From the NCBI GenBank assembly GCA_027334165.1, contig DAHWXM010000015.1, forward strand, positions 13,832 to 77,831: a DNA stretch of 64,000 nt, given 5' to 3'. This stretch comes from Candidatus Micrarchaeota archaeon. GTDB lineage: Archaea > Micrarchaeota > Micrarchaeia > Micrarchaeales > CABMGC01. The first letter of the stretch is position 1; each line of letters starts with the position of its first letter. Positions 55,294 to 64,000 of the stretch are shown here, piece after piece. Both the position numbers and the translations under genes were made by a program. Below the pieces are notes generated by a model. The model had not been told where the DNA came from and ran no database searches. It was given only the letters and a program-made list of their open reading frames with translations.

Positions 55294-57945
55294 ATGATAA
55301 CTCAATGCAAGGAACCTTTCTCAATAGAAGAGAGTCTGGATAGTGTCAACATATTCATACGCAAATGGTTCGTATCAAAGTACAAGGAACCAACGCCGCC
55401 CCAGAGGTACTCGTTCAAGCTGATAAAGGAAAACAAGAATGTCCTCATAACTGCACCAACAGGGAGCGGAAAGACCTTTTCAGCATTCATGTCCATACTT
55501 AGCGACCTTATGAACATGTCCCTCGCGGCAAAGCTGGAGGACAAGATATACTGCATATACATCTCTCCGCTCCGGGCACTTAACAACGACATATATCGAA
55601 ACCTCACTGTACCGTTAAATGAGATATACCAGGACATAACCTTGCCGGTAAAGAAGATAAGCATAGGTATCAGAACTGGAGACACTACGCAGTCAGAGAG
55701 GCAGAAACAGCTCCGGAGACCTCCCAACATTCTCGTGACCACTCCAGAGAGCCTGGCGATACTAATAAACTCACCAAAGTTTGCGGAGAACATGTCCTCG
55801 CTCAAATACATAATAATAGACGAATTGCATGAGTTGGCAAATAACAAGCGCGGCGTGCACTTGTCCATGTCTATAGAGCGGCTGGCAAATATGATAGGGC
55901 ACGATTTCACCCGCATAGGGATGGGCGCCACCCTGTATCCATTGGACGAAGCGGCCAGATTCGTTGCGGGCTACGATGGGGAGAAGGAACGTGACTGCTT
56001 CATAGTGGATGCGACGTGGGACAAGAAGCTCGACTTTACCGCAATATCCCCAGTGAAGGACATAGTTAATGCGAACGACACCGTTGTGGACAATGCAATA
56101 TACCGTATGATAAACCAGACCATAAAGAAGAACAACACGACGCTGGTGTTCACTAACACCAGAAGCGGCACTGAACGCGTGGTGTACAACCTGATGAAGC
56201 GGTTCAAGTACAGCGAGGAACACATAGCCGCGCATCACGGCTCCCTATCCCGCGAGATACGTCTCGGCGTTGAGGACCTGCTTAAGAAGGGCAAGCTCAA
56301 ATGTGCCGTATCCTCGACAAGCCTTGAACTTGGAATAGACATTGGTACCATAGACAACGTGGTGCAGATCGGGTCGCCAAAGAGCGTGGCCAGAGCCGTG
56401 CAGCGTATTGGTCGCAGTGGTCATAGTTTCAGGGATGTAGCCAGAGGTGAAGTTATAGTAACAAATCGTGACGACCTTGTCGAATGTTCCGTCATGCTTG
56501 ATGCAGCGAAGAAACACCACATGGACTCGTTCACAACGCCAAAAAACGCGCTAGACGTGCTTGCACAGCACATAGTGGGCATGTCGCAGACAAAGAAGTG
56601 GTCCGTGGACGAAGCCTTCTACGTGATACGTAACTCATATCCTTATCATACCCTGCAGAAGCAGGACTTCATGTCCCTCTTGGAGTACCTGTCCGGCATG
56701 TACGTTGGCCTTGAGAGCCGGCGTGTATACGCGAAGATATGGTACGACTCGCAGGAGGGAACGTTCGGTAAGCGCGGTAAACTAACACGTCTAATATACT
56801 ATCTAAATCTCGGCACGATCCCCGATGAGGTCGCCATAGACGTGATGACCCGGGACAATAAGTGGATAGGCAGCATCGAAGAGGAATTCCTTGCACGCCT
56901 GAAGCCCGGGGACATTTTTGCGCTCGCAGGAAAAACCTACCGATTCGAGTATTCGAGGGTCATGAAGTGTTATGTCGATCCAGCCCCAGGCGAGGTGCCT
57001 ACGATACCTCCGTGGTATTCGGAGCAGCTCCCGCTTACGTATGAGCTTGCTCTGGATATAGGTTCATTCCGGGAACAGATGGCCGTGGCAGCGACAAGAT
57101 CACTGTCACGCAAGTCGGCAATAAGTTTGCTCAAGAAGGGCACAATGAAACCGAACGAACAGGCGAAGAAGATTCTCGATGCGATGCCTCTAAACGAGAA
57201 CGCAAAGTTTGCAATATTCAATTACTTCATGGAGCAGATACTGTACGCGGGATACGTACCCACCGACCGCTTCCTGCTTGTCGAGAAGACCGTAGACGAG
57301 GAAGGGGAGCGCAGCTTGGTCATATTCCATAGTCTCTTCGGAAGGAGGATAAACGATGCGCTATCGCGGCTTTTTGCGATAGCCCTCGGGGAGATGTATC
57401 CGATAGATGTGGGCATAAACATTACCGATAATGGATTCGTGCTCGTTGTCCCATCATCGGTCAAATTGAGCAAGGCCACAATTTCGGAACTCATAAAGAA
57501 CGCGTGCGGGATGAACATGCGGCTGACTCTTACACAAAACATCCGTCGCACGGAGATGATGAAACGCCGATTCAGGTACTGCGCAGCGAGAAGTTTTATG
57601 ATATTGAGGAACTATAAGGGAAAGAAGATAAGCGTCAGAAGGCAGCAGGTGAACTCGCAGTTAATACTTAAGGCGGCGGAGGAGATAAGCCGTGACTTTC
57701 CGATAATAAAAGAGACATACCGGGAGATATTCGAGGACGTGATGGACCTGCCCCGTGCAGAGCGCATACTCAAGGACATTTCACGTGGCGACATAGCCTA
57801 CAAGATAATCGAAACCGCAGTTCCGTCTCCCTTCTCTCACACCATGATAACGTTTGGAGAGGCCGACGTGATACTCATGAAAGACAGGAGAAGGCATATA
57901 AGGGAGTTGCACAAACTCGTACTTGCCCGCATTGGCAAGAAGTGA
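55294..57945 (+). CDS. lhr: Lhr-core-type superfamily 2 ATP-dependent helicase
   Basis: ITAPTGSGKTF (motif I), IIIDELHEL (DExH), VFTNTRSG, HHGSLSREIR, SSTSLELGIDIG, QRIGRSGH (motif VI), and a long DEAD-associated C-terminal domain. 883 aa. Confidence 0.85.
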   Translation: MITQCKEPFSIEESLDSVNIFIRKWFVSKYKEPTPPQRYSFKLIKENKNVLITAPTGSGKTFSAFMSILSDLMNMSLAAKLEDKIYCIYISPLRALNNDIYRNLTVPLNEIYQDITLPVKKISIGIRTGDTTQSERQKQLRRPPNILVTTPESLAILINSPKFAENMSSLKYIIIDELHELANNKRGVHLSMSIERLANMIGHDFTRIGMGATLYPLDEAARFVAGYDGEKERDCFIVDATWDKKLDFTAISPVKDIVNANDTVVDNAIYRMINQTIKKNNTTLVFTNTRSGTERVVYNLMKRFKYSEEHIAAHHGSLSREIRLGVEDLLKKGKLKCAVSSTSLELGIDIGTIDNVVQIGSPKSVARAVQRIGRSGHSFRDVARGEVIVTNRDDLVECSVMLDAAKKHHMDSFTTPKNALDVLAQHIVGMSQTKKWSVDEAFYVIRNSYPYHTLQKQDFMSLLEYLSGMYVGLESRRVYAKIWYDSQEGTFGKRGKLTRLIYYLNLGTIPDEVAIDVMTRDNKWIGSIEEEFLARLKPGDIFALAGKTYRFEYSRVMKCYVDPAPGEVPTIPPWYSEQLPLTYELALDIGSFREQMAVAATRSLSRKSAISLLKKGTMKPNEQAKKILDAMPLNENAKFAIFNYFMEQILYAGYVPTDRFLLVEKTVDEEGERSLVIFHSLFGRRINDALSRLFAIALGEMYPIDVGINITDNGFVLVVPSSVKLSKATISELIKNACGMNMRLTLTQNIRRTEMMKRRFRYCAARSFMILRNYKGKKISVRRQQVNSQLILKAAEEISRDFPIIKETYREIFEDVMDLPRAERILKDISRGDIAYKIIETAVPSPFSHTMITFGEADVILMKDRRRHIRELHKLVLARIGKK

Positions 57946-57949
57946 ATTT

Positions 57950-58702
57950 ATGAAGCTGGATGGGGACGTAGAGATATTGGACGGGCTTCCTCTGCTCCAC
58001 ATAAAGTCACTATCCGCACTCATCTGTTCCGACCTCCACCTCGGTTATGAAGGTGTCATGGCGGACAGAGGCACCTTCCTCCCCAAAGTGAATCTGAAGA
58101 ACATAAAGGACATCGTAAAGAAAGGTGCCAGGCTTGCAGATCCGACGACGCTCATAGTCAATGGGGACATCAAGAATGAGTTCTCGGACGTGCACGTAGA
58201 GGAATTCAACGAATTCCGTGACTTTATGACGTTCGTCACATCGGAAACACGCATAAAACGAGTGGTGCTGATAAAGGGCAATCATGACAATTTCATAGAC
58301 CGCCTGAAGAAACCTCTTGGATTTGAGATGCACACACAGGAGGCCACACTGGGGAGATACCTATTTTTCCATGGTGAGGAACTGCCGCACTCCAGCGCCG
58401 GCAAGTTTCTCATAATGGGGCATGTCCATCCGTCAATATCAATATTCAGCAAGATAGGCGCAAAGGAGAAACTCCGATGCTTCCTTTATGGGACTGATTT
58501 CATAGGAAGGAGGGTTATAGTCCTGCCTGCCATGAATTTTTTCGCCGATGGATTCAGTGTTAACACGGATCAGGACCTGAGCCGCCTAGCGCCAATATTC
58601 GCAAAGGGCATCGATATAAATCAAATGGAGGCGCTGTGCCTCGGAGAGGGCGAGATCCTAAATTTCGGCAATATAGGCAAGCTGCACAATATAGAGATAT
58701 GA
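57950..58702 (+). CDS. Metallophosphoesterase (MPE-type, Lhr-associated)
   Basis: ICSDLHLGYE, VNGDIKNE, IKGNHDN, MGHVHP. It starts 5 nt after the lhr stop. Confidence 0.8.
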   Translation: MKLDGDVEILDGLPLLHIKSLSALICSDLHLGYEGVMADRGTFLPKVNLKNIKDIVKKGARLADPTTLIVNGDIKNEFSDVHVEEFNEFRDFMTFVTSETRIKRVVLIKGNHDNFIDRLKKPLGFEMHTQEATLGRYLFFHGEELPHSSAGKFLIMGHVHPSISIFSKIGAKEKLRCFLYGTDFIGRRVIVLPAMNFFADGFSVNTDQDLSRLAPIFAKGIDINQMEALCLGEGEILNFGNIGKLHNIEI

Positions 58703-58720
58703 CCGCAGCGAATGTCGCGT

Positions 58721-60004
58721 TTATCTGCTGCTTGAGCTAAAACCCCTCTGCCTGAAAGACTCATCCCTACCGCCGCCCCTGCTTTCTCGTCTTCCTCCAT
58801 ATCCTCTATCGCGCCTCCCGCCACGGTCTGCCCCACGCCTGCCTTCGCCTCCGTGCCAGTTGCGCCTTCTGAATACCTGTATGTCCTTGTACTTATGCGT
58901 GTCGAGGATTATCCTTTCCATCTTTATCTTCGTCATGTATTCTATGTCCCTGACTATGTTTCGCTGATCGCTTCCCACGATGGTGAACGCCCTTCCGTCG
59001 GTGTTCATCCTCGCGGATCTGCCAACCCTGTGCACGTACGTGTGAGGGTCGTCTGGTATGTCGAAGTTAATTATGTCCGATATCCCCGCGATGTCTATCC
59101 CCCTGGCCGCGACGTTGGTGGCTATGAGGAATCTGCCGTTGACCTTGAATTGCCTTAGCGCTTGCTCCCTCTTTGCCTGGCTCAGCCCGCCGTGCATGAG
59201 CACCACACTGAGCCCACGCTTGTGCATCGCCTCGTATATTGCGTCTGCGGCATACTGGGTCTGCGCGAATATTATCGCCTTCTTTGGAGTCACGCTATCT
59301 ATGTACGCCAACAGTGCGGCGAACTTCAGTCTGTTATCAACAACCGCATAAATGTGTCTTATCTTAGAAACTATGACCTCATCCTCATCCCCTATCTGGA
59401 GCATGGAAAAGTCATGCATGTGCCTCCTTGCAACGTTGACTATCTTCTCCGGCATCGTCGCTGAGAAAAGCAACGTCTGCTTCTCTCTCGGCGTTTGTTC
59501 AAGGATCTTCTCAATATCTTCTATGAAGCCCATGTCGAACATTGTGTCTGCTTCATCAAGCACCAGGAACCTTATCCGATCTATCCTAAGCGCACCGCGG
59601 TCTATGAGGTCCAGTATCCTTCCGGGTGTGCCTACAACGATTCGCGGGCTCCGCCTGAGAGCGGATATCTGGTTGTTTATCGAGGCGCCTCCATAGACGG
59701 TGACGACCTCCGGTTCCTGATGAAGTCTCAACTTATTTGCCACACCTGTTATCTGGAGTGCCAACTCCCTTGTAGGGGCAATTATCAGCGCCTCCAGGTC
59801 CCTGCTAGGCCTGCTCATCTGCTTGATCGGTATCAAGAACGCGCATGTCTTGCCCGTCCCAGTCTTTGCCCGGACTATCAGATCCTTTCCCCCGACAGCT
59901 ATCGGTATTACCTTTTCCTGCACGTCCGTCGGATTTACGAAATTCATCCTTTTTAACGCTTCCACCAGCGGGTGGTTCAAATTCATTTCTGAAAAACTCT
60001 TCAA
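58721..60004 (-). CDS. DEAD-box ATP-dependent RNA helicase with RGG-rich tail
   Basis: Q-motif region FVNPTDVQEKVIP, then AKTGTGKT, PTRELA, VLDEAD, SAT, ARGIDI, HRVGRSAR. C-terminal tail GGEGRRGADRGGRRDRGYGGRRESRGGGRD. Confidence 0.95.
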   Translation of the reverse strand: MKSFSEMNLNHPLVEALKRMNFVNPTDVQEKVIPIAVGGKDLIVRAKTGTGKTCAFLIPIKQMSRPSRDLEALIIAPTRELALQITGVANKLRLHQEPEVVTVYGGASINNQISALRRSPRIVVGTPGRILDLIDRGALRIDRIRFLVLDEADTMFDMGFIEDIEKILEQTPREKQTLLFSATMPEKIVNVARRHMHDFSMLQIGDEDEVIVSKIRHIYAVVDNRLKFAALLAYIDSVTPKKAIIFAQTQYAADAIYEAMHKRGLSVVLMHGGLSQAKREQALRQFKVNGRFLIATNVAARGIDIAGISDIINFDIPDDPHTYVHRVGRSARMNTDGRAFTIVGSDQRNIVRDIEYMTKIKMERIILDTHKYKDIQVFRRRNWHGGEGRRGADRGGRRDRGYGGRRESRGGGRDESFRQRGFSSSSR

Positions 60005-60137
60005 TTCAGCACCTTAATGCACAAAGAAGTAGCTGTAAAACTGCACAAAATACGACCGCAGATTTACTGCACCTACCATTATCATATGGCTAAACACGTA
60101 TTTAATCCTTTCGTTTCCGTTCTCTCTGCATGCGGAT

Positions 60138-60713
60138 TCATGGGCTACGCCATCCAGGCAGGCGCATGATGTCCTGCAGCTCTGGAAGCAGATTAAATCT
60201 CCTCCCGTGGGCTTTCTTCCATGTCTTCTGCTTCGCCATTCTCGCCATCAACTCTGCCGTTGCGTTTCCTCTACCACACATCACTTCGGCACTGCGCCTG
60301 TAATTCCTTTCCGCAAGTGCCCCGCAATAATCTATCGCTTCAGAAACAATATCATCCTTGATCTTTCTGGCGCTGTATCCGCGCCTTTTCAGTCGCGAAA
60401 GCAGGACACTCAGATGCTCGCGCATCACGAATGCCATCGCCCCGCGAATTTTCATCTCGCACAGGAGGTGTCCCTCTAGTATCAGATACCTGCTTTTCGA
60501 TGCTCTAGATATCTGCGATATCTCGCGAGCTAGCGCATCCATCCTCACGAGCATGGCACCATCCTTGGCGTATCCAGAGAACAAGTGTTTACGCTTCACC
60601 ACATCGTTGACCTTCACCAAGCTGGCATCTCCGAGCATTTCAGCGAGTTTCCCAGAAACCGTGGTCTTCCCTGTGCCTGGAGTTCCGGTTATAACGACTA
60701 TCTGACTGTGCAT
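60138..60713 (-). CDS. Fap7/AK6-type nucleoside kinase/NTPase (small-subunit ribosome biogenesis)
   Basis: VVITGTPGTGKTTVSGKLAE, LILEGHL, VMREHLSVLLSRLKRRGYSARKIKDDIVSEAIDYC. This is the pattern of archaeal 'putative adenylate kinase' Fap7. Confidence 0.65.
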   Translation of the reverse strand: MHSQIVVITGTPGTGKTTVSGKLAEMLGDASLVKVNDVVKRKHLFSGYAKDGAMLVRMDALAREISQISRASKSRYLILEGHLLCEMKIRGAMAFVMREHLSVLLSRLKRRGYSARKIKDDIVSEAIDYCGALAERNYRRSAEVMCGRGNATAELMARMAKQKTWKKAHGRRFNLLPELQDIMRLPGWRSP

Positions 60714-60717
60714 CGGC

Positions 60718-61341
60718 TCATTTCTTTACCGGCGCCGCTGCATTGAACCTGTCCATTGCAGCATCGAACGCCACGCCCATCTGGTCGCTAAGGTTATCTA
60801 TGAGAACTATCGGACTGCTCTGCAGGTTTATGGTCACAGTGTAATTCTTCTGCCCAGAGAACAGCCATCTCCCGATTTTGTAGTTCTTGTAGTCTCTAGA
60901 TATATTGGAAACATACGTTGACACATTGACCAGCTTTACAAGCAACGCGTCTATCGCGTTGTTATAATCCCCTATCACAACTTCTTCATTGGTAACTCCT
61001 TCGGAATTTATGTCCACCGGTGTGATGTATGGTATCCTGGCCAGTGCGGTCTTTGTGCTTATCGCCTCATCCATCTTAGAATACTGCGAGTCGACGCGCT
61101 TAAGTTCCCCCTCGAATCTCTCGTTTTCGTCTCGCAGAGACTCTTTTGTATTCTCGAAATAGTTGTCTACGTACCCTTTGATCTTAGACAGCTTCTCGGC
61201 CGAGCCGCTAACCGAGGCATACTTGCCAGGGTTCAGCAGAAAATCCCTAAGACTCATGCCGTACTTGCCCTGTATGTCATCGTCAAGGCTCTTCAGAAAA
61301 TCATCGAATTCGTCCCCCCAAGGGACAGCCTCTTCAGCCAT
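60718..61341 (-). CDS. Hypothetical protein
   Basis: 207-aa ORF with an acidic N-terminus and a predicted coiled coil (ENTKESLRDENERFEGELKRVDSQYSKMDEA). It ends 4 nt upstream of the Fap7 gene's start codon. Confidence 0.5.
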   Translation of the reverse strand: MAEEAVPWGDEFDDFLKSLDDDIQGKYGMSLRDFLLNPGKYASVSGSAEKLSKIKGYVDNYFENTKESLRDENERFEGELKRVDSQYSKMDEAISTKTALARIPYITPVDINSEGVTNEEVVIGDYNNAIDALLVKLVNVSTYVSNISRDYKNYKIGRWLFSGQKNYTVTINLQSSPIVLIDNLSDQMGVAFDAAMDRFNAAAPVKK

Positions 61342-61432
61342 AGCATTACCTTATTACCAAGCGTTTCGCCAAGATTTAAACCTTTCGGAATGATGAAGCA
61401 AAAGGCATATTATATTCGCGTGCAATCTATTA

Positions 61433-63163
61433 GTGGTGCCGTTCATGGGCAGCTGCACACTTGATTTTTGGGCCGGAAGCCGGGGCATAGCCACAGATGC
61501 CTTCTCCGATTCCGAGACTGCCGAGTTGGGGAGGGTGGTTACAAACTCCGAGAGCAACGTGTACGCCTGGAAGATAGGGGACTCCCTAACCCCGGAACAG
61601 GCCGGTGCCCTACTGTCGAGATACAGCCGCACCGCGCTGACTGGGCGACGATTGTACCTCAAAGAATTCCTGCCTAACAAGGAGCGAGGCAGGGAATTCT
61701 TCGAAGCATGGCTCGTTGACTATGGGGACGATTCAATACAGGAAATGGCTGGAGGGCTCCCTCTCTCAGCGGAATTCATATCCAACGTCGCGGCCAAAGA
61801 TCTGGAGGATTCAAGAATCGGCTCATACATAGAGAAATCAACAAGGTACGTATTCTTCGACAAGAAGCTCTCTGATGGGGAGTACATGTTCTACCGGGAC
61901 AAGGACGTTCTCGGGTCCAGGTTTGGGGACAGGTATATGGGCCTGATGCGAAGCCTCTTTTCTTCTTACGTATCGTTCATGGGCGCAATGCAAGATTACG
62001 TGTCTGAGAGCAATCCGTTCGAGAGCCAGCGGTTCAGGATTGGTGATAAGACCACCACACCATCCGAATTAAGGGAGAGCGATCATGAGAAGTACGGCAT
62101 CACCGAGGACGAGCTCAAGTCGGCATACTCAAACGCGACTAAGGCAAACGCCCTCGATTTCATGCGTGACTACCTTCCAATGTCAACACTCACTCACGTG
62201 GGACTAAGCATGAACGCAAGATCATACGAGAACGCAATACTCAAACTTCAGGCATCTCCGCTCAAAGAATGCAACTGGATAGGCGACAGGATGCACACGC
62301 AGCTCATGTCCCTTGCCCCTTCCCTGGTAAAGAGGATAAAAGATCGCCACGGCGAGGAACAACGTGCATTTCTTAGCGAGAGGTTCATCGCCGCATCCAA
62401 TGCCGTGCGCTCCGTAATATCCGCCGATGAGCCATTGCCGAATCCGACAGCCGTCACGCTGCACGATTACACCGGCATAGGTTCAGCATCTCCGGACACC
62501 GCGGCGGAACTGAGCGTCGTCTCCGCAGTTATATATCGGTTCTCAGAGGGTCTGTCGCTAAGCCAGGCACGATCCCTTGCCGAAAGCTTGCCAGCCGAGA
62601 AGCGCAAGGAGGTGCTGCAGACGTACATCGGCAAGCGCATCAGCCGCAGAAACAAGCCCGGCAGAGCATTCGAGAACGTGGATTATACGTTCGACTTCTT
62701 CGGTAGGATAGGCATATACCGCGACCTGCAGAGGCACAGGATAGGTACACAGGAGAGACAGGTGTTCACTACAAGACTCGGATATAACATGCGCGATGAG
62801 TTTGACCGAATAGGCATAGCGGATGACTACAAGAGCAAGATGCGCGAAGTCGAGGAACTCTACCGCGATATGTGCGTGACAATGCCCTATCAGGCACAGT
62901 ATGTGGTGACATTCGGCTACAACGTGCGTTGGTACTACAAACTCAATGCAAGGCAATTTTTCCATTTCAGCGAGCTGAGGACCACCTCGAATGGGCATCC
63001 GGACTACAGAAAGCTTGTCCAGTCCGCATTCGACAGCATCCGTTCAGTGCATCCCTCGATCGCAAGATTCATGGGCTTCATAAATCTGGAAGACAAGAAG
63101 ATAGGCCGTTTGGACTCTGAGATACGCCTGGTGCAGAAAAAGAAAGCGCTTGGAAAGGCATGA
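61433..63163 (+). CDS. thyX: ThyX-family (FAD-dependent thymidylate synthase) protein, long about 570-aa form
   Basis: GALLSRYSRTAL in the N-terminal half, then DLQRHRIGTQERQ (RHR motif) and FSELRTTSNGHPDYRKL in the C-terminal half. It is about twice the canonical ThyX length. The start may be the Met at 61445. Confidence 0.55.
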   Translation: MVPFMGSCTLDFWAGSRGIATDAFSDSETAELGRVVTNSESNVYAWKIGDSLTPEQAGALLSRYSRTALTGRRLYLKEFLPNKERGREFFEAWLVDYGDDSIQEMAGGLPLSAEFISNVAAKDLEDSRIGSYIEKSTRYVFFDKKLSDGEYMFYRDKDVLGSRFGDRYMGLMRSLFSSYVSFMGAMQDYVSESNPFESQRFRIGDKTTTPSELRESDHEKYGITEDELKSAYSNATKANALDFMRDYLPMSTLTHVGLSMNARSYENAILKLQASPLKECNWIGDRMHTQLMSLAPSLVKRIKDRHGEEQRAFLSERFIAASNAVRSVISADEPLPNPTAVTLHDYTGIGSASPDTAAELSVVSAVIYRFSEGLSLSQARSLAESLPAEKRKEVLQTYIGKRISRRNKPGRAFENVDYTFDFFGRIGIYRDLQRHRIGTQERQVFTTRLGYNMRDEFDRIGIADDYKSKMREVEELYRDMCVTMPYQAQYVVTFGYNVRWYYKLNARQFFHFSELRTTSNGHPDYRKLVQSAFDSIRSVHPSIARFMGFINLEDKKIGRLDSEIRLVQKKKALGKA

Positions 63164-63251
63164 TTTAGACTTCCGATGTCAAAGCCCGCGCGTAGACGCA
63201 TAAAATCAATCTCTTTATATATTTTCCGTGAGACAAATTATTGGTTTTACC

Positions 63252-64000
63252 ATGGCGTCAACAAGAAGCAAGAGTCCGCGCCCGGCAACAAGGCCGCTGC
63301 GCCAGGAGAGCAGGCACAATCCACCAAGCGCGATCGCCATAGCCGCACTAATACTGAGCATTTTTGCCATAGTCATAGCGCTGTATGCCGTGTACAGCTC
63401 TATCGCGTACGAGCAGCTGAACATGCAAAAGTTGGCAGCATCGACCAATACGTCTGTCTCAGCGCCGCATCCTACCCTTGCAGGCATAGACACGCCGCTT
63501 AACAACACTGAACTCTCAACGATCAACAACGCCTCTGACTCATACTTCGAGATTGCAGGACAGATGTACCTGAACGGTTCTATAGCGAATCAGGTGCTTC
63601 CCAATTACGTGACGCTGCCAAACGGCTCATTCGTGGCTAACGGCAAACAATCCGTAATCTACCTGGGTTCGATCACGTGTGTGTTCTGCGGAGAGAACCG
63701 CTGGGCCATGGCTCTTGCACTATCAAGATTCGGAAACTTCTCAAAATTGTATAAGGGATACAGTGCCATACACGACAGCGACGTCCCAACGCTGTACTGG
63801 AACGCCTCAAACTATAACATAAGTGCGGGGATGGACACCGGAAGCTTCTACTCGAGCAAGTACGTGAACTTCATACCGTTCGAGGACGAGGCTCCGATAA
63901 CGGGGGGCTTCTCCATACAACCGCTGCAGACCATGCAGGGTTTCGTCAACCAGACCGGAAACTCCACAAAGATATCCGCATTTAACTTCATACTCGGGCT
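63252..64000 (+). CDS. DUF929-like membrane-anchored thioredoxin-fold protein (3' end outside window)
   Basis: This frame is absent from the ORF track because it runs off the window. It reads MASTRSKSPRPATRP..., then a TM helix (IAIAALILSIFAIVIALYAVY), then SVIYLGSITCVFCGENRWAMALALSRFGNFSKL...VPTLYW, which matches the DUF929 C-x-x-C/RW pattern. Confidence 0.65.
   Translation, partial: MASTRSKSPRPATRPLRQESRHNPPSAIAIAALILSIFAIVIALYAVYSSIAYEQLNMQKLAASTNTSVSAPHPTLAGIDTPLNNTELSTINNASDSYFEIAGQMYLNGSIANQVLPNYVTLPNGSFVANGKQSVIYLGSITCVFCGENRWAMALALSRFGNFSKLYKGYSAIHDSDVPTLYWNASNYNISAGMDTGSFYSSKYVNFIPFEDEAPITGGFSIQPLQTMQGFVNQTGNSTKISAFNFILG

Noticed and set aside
63176-63529. ORFs 63176..63502 (+) and 63215..63529 (-).
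   Set aside because: A third frame starting at 63252 stays open to the window end and encodes a recognisable DUF929-like protein with a TM anchor. The two listed ORFs are out-of-frame or antisense shadows.
63661-63675. 12-nt match (CCTGGGTTCGAT) to the T-arm of tRNA-Val, considered as a possible att site of an element integrated at the tRNA.
   Set aside because: It lies 29 kb away inside a coding region. No integrase or other mobile-element genes lie between, and the match is short enough to be chance.
1-64000. Scan for CRISPR arrays, transposases, integrases, prophage genes and 16S/23S rRNA.
   Set aside because: None were recognised by eye in any frame. The only dispersed DNA repeat found is the pilin-gene cassette.

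Overview
Gene-dense archaeal chromosomal segment of about 50% GC by eye. I call about 66 CDS, one tRNA and one probable stand-alone 5S rRNA. Archaeal hallmarks: family-D DNA polymerase DP1/DP2, thermosome, Orc1/Cdc6, an archaeal histone, AglB oligosaccharyltransferase, and the ether-lipid genes GGGPS and geranylgeranyl reductase. Also SecF/SecD, the adkA-DUF106-L34e-cmk-L14e block, and the proteasome-exosome superoperon (psmA-SBDS-rrp4-rrp41-rrp42-L37Ae-rpoP). Unlinked 5S, possibly truncated genes and many class III signal-peptide proteins suggest a small-genome lineage (Micrarchaeota/ARMAN-like or Thermoplasmata-related). That placement is a guess I cannot verify. I saw no CRISPR array, transposase, integrase or 16S/23S rRNA. 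Most interesting regions: (1) 52.6-58.7 kb holds an orphan AbiEii-like nucleotidyltransferase transcribed divergently from a wHTH-receiver-degenerate-GGDEF protein. Their shared promoter carries GCATAT repeats, and a Lhr-core/metallophosphoesterase pair follows. (2) Two pilin-like LamG lectin paralogs 50.7 kb apart share a 174-bp 5' cassette at about 96% identity, and there is a third large pilin-like adhesin. (3) AglB carries a 210-aa N-terminal add-on and sits next to a GT4 and a six-repeat, heavily sequon-loaded surface protein. (4) A 5S rRNA is hidden under two spurious ORFs. (5) Two genes have homology that starts upstream of any canonical start codon. (6) A proline-dehydrogenase-fold protein appears degenerate. 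All functional calls come from motif recognition by eye; no searches were run.
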